The notes under the pieces: generated by a model
Database searches by the model: none
What the model saw: only the letters and a program-made list of their open reading frames with translations
What the model was told of the DNA's origin: nothing
Translations under genes and position numbers: made by a program
NCBI GenBank assembly: GCA_025934255.1
Contig: JAICYJ010000001.1
Span: forward strand, 44,425 to 108,424
DNA length: 64,000 bases
Origin: Thermoleophilia bacterium
GTDB lineage: Bacteria > Actinomycetota > Thermoleophilia > Gaiellales > JAICJC01
Direction: 5' to 3'
In this document: piece by piece, positions 22,853-32,270 of the stretch
How positions within the stretch are numbered: position 1 is the first letter of the stretch
How the letters are laid out: every line of letters begins with the position of its first letter

Positions 22853-24620
22853 TCAGCGTGAACGCTTCGATCCGGTCGTTGTACTCGTCTGCGACGTAGA
22901 GGGCGCCGTTCCAGATCTCGAGGTGGGTCGGGTGGTTGAACGTCCCGTGCGCGGTGCCGGTTGCTCCGCCGGTGGCACCGAGCGCCTGCAGCTTGACGCC
23001 GCCAGGCGAGAACTCGACCAGGCGGTTCGAGGCCGTGTCGGCCACCCAGACGTTGCCGTTGTCGGCAACGGCGATCCCCTGGGGGCTGTGCAGCCCGCCG
23101 AAGCTGGTGATGACGTGACCGGTCGAGGCGTCGAGCTCCACGACCGAGTTGCCGTTGCTGTCGGCCACGTACACCACTGCGCCGGCAACGGTCACGTCGC
23201 GGGGGTTGTGCAGGGTGTCGTTGCTCCACTCCACCGTCAGGCCGGTGCCGTCGATGCGTTCGACGCGGTTGTTGAACGTGTCGGCCACGACCACATCGGA
23301 GCCGACCGATGCGATCCCGAACGGCCAGTGCAGGGAGTCGGAGTCGCTCCCGAGGTGGCCGAACACGCTGCCGGTGGGGGTGCCGTCGGTGCTGAACTGG
23401 GTGAGCCTGTTGTTCTTGGTGTCAGCCACCCAGACCGTGTTGGTCGCGGTGTTCAAGGTCACGTCCCGGGGCCAGTTGAAGCCGGTCAGATCGGCCTTCT
23501 CCCAGCCGCGCGCGCCCCACGCCTGCTCGAACACGCCGGTGGCGGTGACGAACCGCTCCATGCGCTGGTTGACGGTGTCGGCCACGTACATGTGGGTGCC
23601 GACGGCCAGCCCGGACGGCTCGTTGAAGCCTCCCACCGCCGGGTGGTTGTGGCCCCACCGCTGCACGACGGCGCCGCTGTGCTGGAAGCTGGTGACGTGG
23701 TTGCCCCACAGGTCGGCGCCGTAGACCTTGGGGCTGGTGCCGCCTCCCACCGCAACCCTCCGGAGCTGCGTGAACTGGCCTGGCTTGCCCCACTTGGCCA
23801 CGTACCGGCCCTTCCTCGTGAACTCCTGGATCCGCTCGTTGTTCGAGTCGGCCACGTACACGTGATCGGTCCTGTCAACGGCGACGCCGTAGGGCCGGGC
23901 GAACTGCCCGTTCGCGGCACCCTTGGTGCCCCAGTTGCGCAGCCACTTGCCGCCGGGGCCGAACTTGGCCATGCGGTTGTTCGCGAAGTCGGCGATGTAG
24001 ATGTCGCCGTGTGAGTCGGTGTCCGCATCGCGCGGCTCGTCCAGCTGGCCGTTGCCCTTGCCCAGCGGCGGCGCGATCTGGTTGACGAGCACACCCGCGG
24101 TCGTCCACTCGGCGACCGTGTTGGCGTCGTCGTCGGCAGTCAGGATCACCGTGCCGCCGTGCCCGTTGGGGCCGGCGCCGATGCCGATCACCGACTGGAA
24201 CTGGTGCGGCCAGGTCGCGATCCAGGCGCCGGTCTTGGCGTTCAGCACCTGCACCCGGTTGTAGCCTGTGTCGGCAACGTAGAGGCGGCCGTTGTGGTAG
24301 GCGACGTCTCTGGGGTTGTTGAAGCTTCCGGGCTGCTTGGGCCCGCGCGTCCCCACCCGCCACCGGAGCGTGCCGTCCGCGCGGTAGGCGGCGACCTGGT
24401 CGTTGCCGGTATCGGCGATGTAGATGGTGCCCTTGTGCGTGTCGACGCCGGACGGGTACATCGTGGCGTGCGCCGGCCCGCCGATCGTCCTCAGGTAGGT
24501 GGGAGCCGGCGGTGGCGTGACCGCCGCCGACACCGGCAGCGGCGATGCCGCCGCGACCAGACAGAATGACACCGCGAGCAGCGGTGCGACGCAGCGCTTT
24601 ACCCCAGGCGGATGCCGCAA
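22845..24620 (-). CDS. Secreted NHL-repeat beta-propeller protein
   Basis: TTG start at 24620, 6 nt after GAGGGGG. Signal peptide: CVAPLLAVSFCLVAAASPLPVSAA. About 12 NHL-like repeats (PRDVAYHNGRLYVADTGYNRVQVL and similar). Its stop overlaps the next gene's ATG by 8 nt. Confidence 0.85.
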   Translation of the reverse strand: MRHPPGVKRCVAPLLAVSFCLVAAASPLPVSAAVTPPPAPTYLRTIGGPAHATMYPSGVDTHKGTIYIADTGNDQVAAYRADGTLRWRVGTRGPKQPGSFNNPRDVAYHNGRLYVADTGYNRVQVLNAKTGAWIATWPHQFQSVIGIGAGPNGHGGTVILTADDDANTVAEWTTAGVLVNQIAPPLGKGNGQLDEPRDADTDSHGDIYIADFANNRMAKFGPGGKWLRNWGTKGAANGQFARPYGVAVDRTDHVYVADSNNERIQEFTRKGRYVAKWGKPGQFTQLRRVAVGGGTSPKVYGADLWGNHVTSFQHSGAVVQRWGHNHPAVGGFNEPSGLAVGTHMYVADTVNQRMERFVTATGVFEQAWGARGWEKADLTGFNWPRDVTLNTATNTVWVADTKNNRLTQFSTDGTPTGSVFGHLGSDSDSLHWPFGIASVGSDVVVADTFNNRVERIDGTGLTVEWSNDTLHNPRDVTVAGAVVYVADSNGNSVVELDASTGHVITSFGGLHSPQGIAVADNGNVWVADTASNRLVEFSPGGVKLQALGATGGATGTAHGTFNHPTHLEIWNGALYVADEYNDRIEAFTLND

Positions 24621-24780
24621 TTCTTGCCCCCTCTACGCAAATACCGGGGCCGTGCCCACCCCGCCGATCTCAGCAATGTACATGCCGTTGACACCGATAT
24701 CCAGCCCCCAACCTCCCTCGCGGCCATGCCCGCCACGATGGGGCCCGACGTTACCGGTTGTGCCCGGCCTGCGCCACCGG

Positions 24781-25407
24781 TCACGGCACGAACGTGTGCT
24801 CGCCCGCCGTGACGGCGATCCCAAGCCGGCTCTGGCGGGGCGGCAGCGGGCACGTCCAGCGCGGGTCGTAGGCGCAGGACGGGTTGTAGGCGAAGTTGAA
24901 GTCGAGCAGCAGCCGCCCGTCCTGCTCGCCCAGGTCGGCGCCCTTGACCGTGTCCAGCAGGTAGCGGCCGCCCCCGTAGCTGTCGCGCCCGCTGGTTGCG
25001 TCGGCGAACGGCAGGAACAGCCCGCCGCCGTAGCCCTCCAGCCAGTACAGCGGCAGCGATTGCTCGCCGGACAGCTCGAACTGCACGAGCCCGAACTGGC
25101 GGAACCGGATCCGCTCGCCGGTGCTTGAGTCGATCTCCCGGACGGCCGGCTCGGTTGCAACCACGGTGCCGGTGACGCGGAACGCCGGGTCGTATGGGAA
25201 GAAGCGAAGCTCGTCGAACCCGGCCAGGGCGTCTGGGCCGAGCGGCGTCTGCGGGTGGGTGGCGAACAGGCGGTCGCGCCCCGCCCGCCACTCGCCCCAC
25301 GCCACCTCCGGCTCCAGCTCGCGGACGCGCCGGTAGAGCGCGAACACCTCGCGCTTCCAGCTGAGCAGATCGAGCTCCGAGATCGCGGTGTCGGCGGGCG
25401 AGCGCAT
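24781..25407 (-). CDS. DUF1684 domain protein
   Basis: The real part starts at MRSPADTAISELDLLSWKREV (ATG at 25407). GGGRYLLD...LLLDFNFAYNPSCAYDPRWTCPLPP is the DUF1684 C-terminal signature. The rest of track ORF 24781..25965 is a junk extension. Confidence 0.8.
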   Translation of the reverse strand: MRSPADTAISELDLLSWKREVFALYRRVRELEPEVAWGEWRAGRDRLFATHPQTPLGPDALAGFDELRFFPYDPAFRVTGTVVATEPAVREIDSSTGERIRFRQFGLVQFELSGEQSLPLYWLEGYGGGLFLPFADATSGRDSYGGGRYLLDTVKGADLGEQDGRLLLDFNFAYNPSCAYDPRWTCPLPPRQSRLGIAVTAGEHTFVP

Positions 25408-25475
25408 GGTCAGGGTACGGAAGTCTGCCCGCGACCGGATCTCGGCGCAAAGCGGACGCCGACCGGAACGGTGGC

Positions 25476-26084
25476 TCAGGCCTTGACGACGTGCGTGTGG
25501 GCGATCATGTCGTGCGGGGCGCGGTTCGAGCTGTCCCAGAGCGGCCACAGGTACCAGACGAACGAGGCGAAACCGCCCACGATCGGCACGAAGCCAAGCG
25601 CGGTCAGGATCACGAGCTTGGCCACCACCTCGCGCAGCAGCGCGGTGCCGAGGTCGACCGGCGCGCCGCTGTCGCGGACGACCCGGATCGACAGCGCCTG
25701 CTTGCCCCAGGTCTGCCCGTTGTGGCGGCCCTCCCGCCGCAGCAGCAGCGGCGCATAGAGCAGGGCCGATGCCAGGTAGGCCAGCCCGGCGATCACCGCG
25801 ACCACCTTCATCTCGTGGGACAGCGTGTAGGTGGCGTGCCCGGCGACCGTGGTCTGCACGTGCAGGCCGCCGCCGGCTGCAACGGCGAGCGCGAGCACCA
25901 GCGTCGGTGCGTTCAGCACCATCACGATCAGGCCGTCCAGCAGCGTCGCGCCCGCCCGCGGCCACCAGCCGGACAGGTTGGCGTGGATGGGTGCGGCCGG
26001 GTTGAGCGATCCGCCGCAGCCCGGGCAGTAGTTGACGTCGGCGACCGCGGGCCGTGCCAGACCGCAGCCGGGGCAGTAGTTCAT
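25476..26084 (-). CDS. RDD family membrane protein with an N-terminal double CPxCG zinc ribbon
   Basis: Starts at MNYCPGCG...NYCPGCGG (ATG at 26084). Followed by WWPRAGATLLDGLIV, three TM segments and APHDMIAHTHVV. The upstream 1.5 kb of track ORF 25476..27662 is the antisense shadow of the oxidase gene. Confidence 0.8.
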   Translation of the reverse strand: MNYCPGCGLARPAVADVNYCPGCGGSLNPAAPIHANLSGWWPRAGATLLDGLIVMVLNAPTLVLALAVAAGGGLHVQTTVAGHATYTLSHEMKVVAVIAGLAYLASALLYAPLLLRREGRHNGQTWGKQALSIRVVRDSGAPVDLGTALLREVVAKLVILTALGFVPIVGGFASFVWYLWPLWDSSNRAPHDMIAHTHVVKA

Positions 26085-26210
26085 GCTCTCACTGCTAGCG
26101 GGCGATCGAGCGGATGTCCACCCGCCGATCGGCGAGCCGGGCCGGTTCCTGACAGAATCGGCCGGTCGCGCGCACGGGGGCGCGCCGCAACTCACAAGGG
26201 GAGGTCTTGG

Positions 26211-27578
26211 ATGTCTACGACACCAGCGGTCGATGCGGCCACGCTGCAGACGCTCGCGAACGGATTCGCGGGGCGCGTGCTGCAGAGCTCCGATCACGAT
26301 TATGAGGGCGCGCGGCGCGTCCACAACGGGCTGATCGACCGGCGGCCGGCCGTGATCGCCGAGTGCGTCGAGTCGGCCGACGTGGCCGCGGCCGTCAGGT
26401 TCGCGACCGCCAACGGGCTGGAGATCGCGGTGCGGGGAGGCGGGCACAACGTGGCCGGGCGCTCCGTCTGCGAGGGCGGCCTGATGATCGACCTGTCGCA
26501 GATGCGCGAGGTCGCCATCGACGCCGAGGCCGGGACGGCGAGCGCGCAGGGAGGCGCCCTCTGGTCGGACGTAAATACCGCCGCCGGCCGGCACGGGCTG
26601 GCCGTCACCGGCGGCCTCATCTCCACCACCGGCGTGGGCGGCTACACGCTGGGCGGCGGGCTGGGCTGGCTGATGTCCACCCAGGGCCTGTCGTGCGACA
26701 ACCTGATCGGCGCCCAGCTGGTGACCGCGGCGGGTGAGGTGCTGGACGTCACCGACGAGACACATCCCGACCTGATGTGGGCGCTGCGCGGCGGCGGCGG
26801 CAACTTCGGCGTGGCGACCGTGCTGCGCTACCGGCTGCGGCACCAGCCGATGGTGGTGGGCGGCCTGATCGCCCATCCCATCGACGCCGCGCGCGACCTG
26901 TTGCGGTTCTATCGCGACGCCGTGGACAGCTGCCCGGACGAGCTGTCGGCGTTCGCCGGTCTGGTGCACGCGCCGGACGGATCCGGGATGAAGCTGGCGG
27001 CGATGCTCGTCTTCCACACCGACCTCGATCGGGCCGACGCCGAGCTGGCGCCGTTCCTCGAGTTCGGCTCGCCGGTCGTGACGCAGGTGCAGCCGATGCC
27101 GTATCCGGTGATGAACTCGCTGCTGGACGAGGGCTACCCCAAGGGCGCGCTCAACTACTGGCTCTCGAGCTTCACCACGGGCATGTCCGATGCGCTGATC
27201 GACACCGTCATCCAGCGGTTCGAGACGGTGCCCTCGCCGATGTCCGCGATCCTGTTCGAGCACTTCCACGGCCAGGTGACGCGAATCGACCCGACGGCGA
27301 CCGCCGTCCCGCACCGGTCGAAGGGGTGGAACCTGCTGCTGCCGTCCGAGTGGATGGACCCTGCGGATACGGTCAACAACATCGCCTGGACGAAGGAGAC
27401 CTACGCGGCCGTGTCCGAGCACCTGGCCCCCGGGCGCTGGCTGAACTACCTGGGCGACGACCAGGAGGGCGAGGCGATCAGGGCCGCATACGGCCCCAAC
27501 TACGAGCGGCTGCTCGCGGTCAAGCGCCAGTACGACCCGGGCAACGTGTTCCACCTGAATCACAACATCGTGCCGTGA
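26211..27578 (+). CDS. FAD-linked oxidase (FAD_binding_4 with a berberine-bridge-enzyme-like C-terminus)
   Basis: The ATG at 26211 follows AAGGGGAGG. Contains VRGGGHNVAG, GGYTLGGGLGWL, LRGGGGNFGV and the C-terminal YGPNYERLLAVKRQYDPGNVFHLNHNI. Confidence 0.9.
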   Translation: MSTTPAVDAATLQTLANGFAGRVLQSSDHDYEGARRVHNGLIDRRPAVIAECVESADVAAAVRFATANGLEIAVRGGGHNVAGRSVCEGGLMIDLSQMREVAIDAEAGTASAQGGALWSDVNTAAGRHGLAVTGGLISTTGVGGYTLGGGLGWLMSTQGLSCDNLIGAQLVTAAGEVLDVTDETHPDLMWALRGGGGNFGVATVLRYRLRHQPMVVGGLIAHPIDAARDLLRFYRDAVDSCPDELSAFAGLVHAPDGSGMKLAAMLVFHTDLDRADAELAPFLEFGSPVVTQVQPMPYPVMNSLLDEGYPKGALNYWLSSFTTGMSDALIDTVIQRFETVPSPMSAILFEHFHGQVTRIDPTATAVPHRSKGWNLLLPSEWMDPADTVNNIAWTKETYAAVSEHLAPGRWLNYLGDDQEGEAIRAAYGPNYERLLAVKRQYDPGNVFHLNHNIVP

Positions 27579-27598
27579 GCTGAACCGCCGTCCGGTGC

Positions 27599-27628
27599 GG
27601 CCTGCCGTCCAGGAGGTGACGGCAGGCC
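27599..27628 (+). terminator. Hairpin downstream of the oxidase gene
   Basis: GGCCTGCCGTC-caggaggt-GACGGCAGGCC forms an 11-bp stem. No T-tract follows, so it could be a terminator or an mRNA-stabilising stem. Confidence 0.35.
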
Positions 27629-27725
27629 CGCCGACGGTGTACGACCTCGGTCGTAGCCACAAACGCTTGAAGATCCTCCCTGAGACTGTTTCGCGGGGGC
27701 CCCTGCGTCCCTACCATCAGGGCAG

Positions 27726-28667
27726 ATGATTGACGTCCAGGGATTGTCCAAGCGATACGGCGACAGGCTTGCCGTCGATGACCTCACCTTCACGGTGAAG
27801 CCGGGCATCGTGACCGGCTTCCTGGGGCCGAACGGCGCCGGCAAGTCGACGACGATGCGCCTGATCCTGGGGCTCGACCGGCCCTCGGCAGGGTCGGCGA
27901 CGGTCAACGGTCGCGCCTACCGCGACTTCGAGGCGCCGCTGCACGAGGTGGGCGCGCTGCTCGAGGCGCGAGCGATCCACACCGGCCGCAGCGCCTACAA
28001 CCACCTGCTGGCGCAGGCCCAGACCCACGCCATCGGCCGCGACCGCGTTGACGAGGTGATCCGGCTGGTGGGCCTCGAGTCCGTCGCCCGCAAGCGGGTC
28101 GGCGGGTTCTCGCTGGGGATGGGCCAGCGGCTCGGCATCGCGGCTGCGCTGCTGGGCGATCCCGCCACGCTGATCCTGGACGAGCCGTCCAACGGCCTCG
28201 ACCCGGAGGGCATCCGCTGGATCCGAAACCTCTTGAAGCAGCTGGCCGCCGAGGGGCGCACGGTGTTCGTCTCCTCGCACCTGATGAGCGAGATCGCGCT
28301 CACGGCCGAGCGGCTGGTCGTGATCGGCCGTGGCCGGCTGATCGCCGACACCTCGGTGGAGGAGTTCGTGCGCAGCGCCTCCGGCGACGCCGCCGTCCGC
28401 GTCCGCAGTGCCGATCCGGGCCGGCTGGCCGAGCTGCTGGCGGCTCAGGGCGCGCACGTCGAGGACGATGGCGACGCGCTGTCGGTGAGCGGCACGACCA
28501 GCGAGGAGATCGGCCGGGTGGCGCTCGAGGGCGGCATCGCCCTCTCCGAGCTGGTCGTCCAGGAGGTCTCGCTGGAGGACGCCTTCATGCGCATCACGCG
28601 GGACTCGCTCGAGTTCCGCGGCGACCAGGGCGGCCACGTCGATGAGCCGGTGGCAGCATCCGCATGA
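27726..28667 (+). CDS. ABC transporter ATP-binding protein (ABC-2 / DrrA-like)
   Basis: Walker A GPNGAGKST, signature FSLGMGQRL, Walker B LILDEP. Confidence 0.92.
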   Translation: MIDVQGLSKRYGDRLAVDDLTFTVKPGIVTGFLGPNGAGKSTTMRLILGLDRPSAGSATVNGRAYRDFEAPLHEVGALLEARAIHTGRSAYNHLLAQAQTHAIGRDRVDEVIRLVGLESVARKRVGGFSLGMGQRLGIAAALLGDPATLILDEPSNGLDPEGIRWIRNLLKQLAAEGRTVFVSSHLMSEIALTAERLVVIGRGRLIADTSVEEFVRSASGDAAVRVRSADPGRLAELLAAQGAHVEDDGDALSVSGTTSEEIGRVALEGGIALSELVVQEVSLEDAFMRITRDSLEFRGDQGGHVDEPVAASA

Positions 28668-29491
28668 GCACCGCCGTCGGCACCCCCCAGGATCGTCCCC
28701 GCATCGCGATCGGCAGGGTCACCCAGCTGCACGTGATCAGGTCGGAGTGGACGAAGCTGTGGTCGCTGCGATCGACCCGCTGGTCGCTGCTGGTGGCGGT
28801 GATCGGCATGGCCGGGCTCGGCATCGTCATCGCCGCCGTGCAGATGGCCCACTGGAACTCGATGAGCCCCAACGACCGCCGCACCTTCAACCCGGTCGAC
28901 GTCAGCACCGCCGGATTCCACTTCGCGCAGCTGGCGCTGGGCGTGCTCGGGGTGCTGGTGATCAGCGGCGAGTACTCGACGGGCATGATCCGATCCAGCT
29001 TCGCGGCCGTCCCCAAGCGACTGCCGGTGCTGTGGGCGAAGCTGCTCACGTTCGGCACGACCGCCCTGTTGCTGATGCTGCCGTCGGCGCTGCTCGCGTT
29101 CTTCGTCGCCCAGGCGATCCTGCGGCAGCACCACGTGCAGACCACCTTCGGCTCGCCCCACGTCGCCCGCGCCGTGATCGGGTCGGCGCTGTTCCTCACG
29201 GTCGTGGGGCTGCTGGGCGTCGCCATCGGCGCGCTCGTCCGCAACACCGCGGGCGGCATCGCCACCCTGGCCGGCGTGCTGTTCGTGCTGCCCGGGATCG
29301 CGGCGATCCTGCCCAACAGCTGGGGCGACACGATCAACCCCTACCTGCCGAACAGCGCGGGCGAGGCGATCACGGCGATCCACTCCGACCCGCACACGCT
29401 CTCCGCCTGGAACGGCTTCGCGCTGTTCTGCGCGTACACGGCCGTCGCAACGATCGTGGCGGCGGTGCTGCTCGTGCGACGCGACGCCTGA
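28664..29491 (+). CDS. ABC-2 type transporter permease
   Basis: 275 aa with 6 TM segments. SGEYSTGMIRSSFAAVP motif. ATGA overlap with the ATPase gene. Confidence 0.85.
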   Translation: MSTAVGTPQDRPRIAIGRVTQLHVIRSEWTKLWSLRSTRWSLLVAVIGMAGLGIVIAAVQMAHWNSMSPNDRRTFNPVDVSTAGFHFAQLALGVLGVLVISGEYSTGMIRSSFAAVPKRLPVLWAKLLTFGTTALLLMLPSALLAFFVAQAILRQHHVQTTFGSPHVARAVIGSALFLTVVGLLGVAIGALVRNTAGGIATLAGVLFVLPGIAAILPNSWGDTINPYLPNSAGEAITAIHSDPHTLSAWNGFALFCAYTAVATIVAAVLLVRRDA

Positions 29492-29502
29492 CGCGGCCTA
29501 GG

Positions 29503-30690
29503 ATGGGTGCCGTGGCCAGGGCTCGCACCGCATCCGCAGGCGACGACCAGGCGCGAGCGGTGATCGACTGGCTGCAGCGCTTCGGTCGCTACCACCCGAT
29601 CGTGACCGACACCGCGATCGCCGCCGGCGTCGCGCTGATCGGCCTACCCAGCCTGCGCCACCACCAGCAGTGGGGCATCGCGCTGACGGTGGCGCTGTGC
29701 CTGCCGCTGGTGCTGCGTCGCCGCTACCCGCGGGCGGTGTTCGCGACGATCACGCTGGTGCTGCTGGTGCAGTGGCTGTTCGACGTCCAGCTGGGCGCGG
29801 ATCTGGCGCTGCTGGTCTCGCTCTACACCGTTGCGGCGGTCTCGTCGCGCCGCTGGACGGCGGCGGCGGTGGCCGTGGCCGAGGTCGGGGCGATGCTGGC
29901 GACGCTGCGCTGGGGCGACCCCGTGCTCCCGTTCTTCGTCGGCCTCTCGGCGCTGGTGATCGCGTCGGCCCTGCTCGGCATCAGCGTCCAGAACCGGCGG
30001 GCGCTGCTGGCATCGCTGCACGAACGGGCCGCCCGGCTCGAGATCGAGCGCGACCAGCAGGGCCGCGTGGCGGCCGCCGCCGAGCGCGCCCGGATCGCGC
30101 GGGAGATGCACGACATCGTCGCCCACAACCTGGCGGTGGTGATCGCGCTCGCCGACGGGGCCGTGTTCGCCGCCCGCGAGTCCCCGGAGCAGGCCACGGC
30201 GGCGATGGAGAAGGTGTCCCGCACCGGCCGCGAGGCGCTGGCCGAGATGCGGCGCCTGCTGGGGGTGCTGAACGACGAGAGCCCGAGCTCACGGGTGCCG
30301 CAGCCCGGCATCTCCGAGCTCGAGCAGCTGGCGGCGCAGGTGCGCACGACCGGCGTGCCGGTCGATCTCGAGGTGGAGGGCGATCCCGCCGGCCTGCCTG
30401 CGGGCGTCCAGCTGGCCACCTATCGGATCGTGCAGGAGGCGCTCACCAACACGCTCAAGCACGCCGGGCCGGACGCGGCCGCCGACGTGCGCGTGCTGTG
30501 CGTGAACGGCACCGTGGAGGTCGACGTCCACGACGACGGCAGCGGCGGCCCGGCCGGGCTGGGCGGACGCGGGCTGGACGGGATGCGCCAGCGCGCCGCC
30601 GTGTTCGGCGGGACGGTCGACGCCGGCCCGGCCGAGGGCGGCGGCTGGCAGGTGAAGGCGCGCCTGATGGTCGAGCCGGATCCGCGATGA
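29503..30690 (+). CDS. Sensor histidine kinase, NarL/DesK type (HisKA_3 plus HATPase_c)
   Basis: ATG at 29503. Four to five N-terminal TM segments. H-box RIAREMHDIVAHNL, N-box QEALTNTLKHAG and G-box GGRGLDGMRQR. The upstream part of track ORF 28642..30690 is a shadow frame. Confidence 0.88.
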   Translation: MGAVARARTASAGDDQARAVIDWLQRFGRYHPIVTDTAIAAGVALIGLPSLRHHQQWGIALTVALCLPLVLRRRYPRAVFATITLVLLVQWLFDVQLGADLALLVSLYTVAAVSSRRWTAAAVAVAEVGAMLATLRWGDPVLPFFVGLSALVIASALLGISVQNRRALLASLHERAARLEIERDQQGRVAAAAERARIAREMHDIVAHNLAVVIALADGAVFAARESPEQATAAMEKVSRTGREALAEMRRLLGVLNDESPSSRVPQPGISELEQLAAQVRTTGVPVDLEVEGDPAGLPAGVQLATYRIVQEALTNTLKHAGPDAAADVRVLCVNGTVEVDVHDDGSGGPAGLGGRGLDGMRQRAAVFGGTVDAGPAEGGGWQVKARLMVEPDPR

Positions 30691-31361
30691 GCTCGACCGT
30701 GCTGCTGGCCGACGACCAGCCGCTGCTGCGGATGGGATTTCGGATGGTGCTCGAGTCACAGGACGACCTGTCGGTGGTGGGGGAGGCGGCGGACGGCCGG
30801 GAGGCGCTGGAGCTGACCCGGCGGCTGGCGCCGGACGTGGTGCTGATGGACGTGCGGATGCCGGGCATGGACGGCATCGAGGCGACCCGGCTGATCGTCG
30901 AGCAGGGGCTCAGCAGCCGGGTGCTGATCCTGACCACGTTCGACCTCGACGAGTACGCGCACGCCGCGCTGCGCGCCGGTGCCAGCGGCTTCCTGCTCAA
31001 GGATGCTCTGCCCAACGATCTGCTGTCCGGCATCCGGGCGGTCGCCAGCGGCGACGCCGTCGTCGCCCCCAGCGTGACCCGGCGGCTGCTCGACACCTAC
31101 GCCCACCGGCTGTCGCCGGACGGGGAGGGCGAGCTCGATCCCGAGCCCTACCTGGAGGCGCTGACGCCGCGCGAGCGCGAGGTGCTGACGCAGGTCGCGC
31201 AGGCGCTGTCCAACAGCGAGATCGCCGCCGCCCTGCACCTGACCGAGGCGACGGTCAAGACCCACGTCGGCAGGATCCTGGCCAAGCTCGGCATGCGCGA
31301 CCGGGTGCAGTTGGTCGTCTTCGCCTACGACATCGGCCTGGTGCGGCCGTCGCCGCGGTGA
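30687..31361 (+). CDS. NarL/LuxR-family response regulator
   Basis: Contains VLLADDQPLLR, VVLMDVRMPGMDG and the C-terminal HTH LTPREREVL...SNSEIA...TVKTHV. ATGA overlap with the kinase gene. Confidence 0.92.
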   Translation: MSSTVLLADDQPLLRMGFRMVLESQDDLSVVGEAADGREALELTRRLAPDVVLMDVRMPGMDGIEATRLIVEQGLSSRVLILTTFDLDEYAHAALRAGASGFLLKDALPNDLLSGIRAVASGDAVVAPSVTRRLLDTYAHRLSPDGEGELDPEPYLEALTPREREVLTQVAQALSNSEIAAALHLTEATVKTHVGRILAKLGMRDRVQLVVFAYDIGLVRPSPR

Positions 31362-31559
31362 CTACGACCTTCGGCTGACGCCGAGCCCGTGAAGATCAGC
31401 CTCGCGGCCGTTTCGGACGCGGGCACCGGTCGGTAGCCTCGGTGGATTCTGGAAGGCGCAGTCGACACCAGGAACGCCCCGGCCCCGGTCGCGCGGCCGC
31501 CGGCACGAGGTGGTCTTAGCCGCGTCCCGGAGATCACCGCGTACTTCTGGATCATCAAG

Positions 31560-32261
31560 GTGCTGACGACCGGCATGGGTGAGACGACGTCGGACTTCCT
31601 GGTGCACCGGCTGGGGCCGCCGCCCGCCGTCCTGATCGGGGCGGCCGCCTTCGGCGCCGCGCTGTGGCTGCAGCTGCGGGCCGGGCGGTATTCGGCCTGG
31701 ATCTACTGGCTGGCCGTCGCCATGGTGGGGGTGTTCGGCACGATGGCCGCGGATGTGCTGCACGTGGGCCTGGGCATTCCCTACGTCGTCTCGACCATGT
31801 TCTACGCGATCGTGCTGACGGCGGTGTTCCTGACCTGGCAGCGCAGCGAGCTGACGCTCTCGATCCACAGCATCCTCACCCGTCGGCGCGAGCTGTTCTA
31901 CTGGGCGGCGGTGCTGGCCACGTTCGCGCTCGGCACGGCCGCCGGTGACATGACTGCGCGCACGCTGGGGCTGGGCTACCTCGGCTCCGGGATCATGTTC
32001 GCCGCGCTGATCGCGGTGCCAGCGGTCGCGTGCTGGCGCTTCGGCATGAACGCGATCCCGGCGTTCTGGTTCGCCTACATCGTGACGCGGCCGCTGGGCG
32101 CGTCCTTTGCCGACTGGTTGGCGGTCCCGCACAGCCGCGGCGGGCTTGGCTTCGGCTACGGGCCGGTCAGCACCGTCCTGGCCGTCCTGATCGTCGGATT
32201 CGTCGCCTACCTGGCGAGCAGCCGCATCGACGTCGCTGCGGTCGAGACGGCCGGCGAGTAA
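31560..32261 (+). CDS. COG4705-type membrane protein (start unresolved)
   Basis: 233 aa from the GTG at 31560, with multiple TM segments. The family-typical N-terminal motif (VPEITAYFWIIKVLTTGMGETTSDF) begins 11 codons upstream of that GTG, where no canonical start codon exists. Confidence 0.7.
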   Translation: MLTTGMGETTSDFLVHRLGPPPAVLIGAAAFGAALWLQLRAGRYSAWIYWLAVAMVGVFGTMAADVLHVGLGIPYVVSTMFYAIVLTAVFLTWQRSELTLSIHSILTRRRELFYWAAVLATFALGTAAGDMTARTLGLGYLGSGIMFAALIAVPAVACWRFGMNAIPAFWFAYIVTRPLGASFADWLAVPHSRGGLGFGYGPVSTVLAVLIVGFVAYLASSRIDVAAVETAGE

Positions 32262-32270
32262 CGTCAGCCG

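Noticed and set aside
31362-31559. The 198-nt spacer before the COG4705 gene, considered as a known riboswitch
   Set aside because: I could not match it by eye to the conserved cores of the classes I remember (Mn2+ yybP-ykoY, guanidine, fluoride, c-di-AMP ydaO, cobalamin, SAM, TPP, ZTP). A covariance-model scan would be needed, so I make no call.
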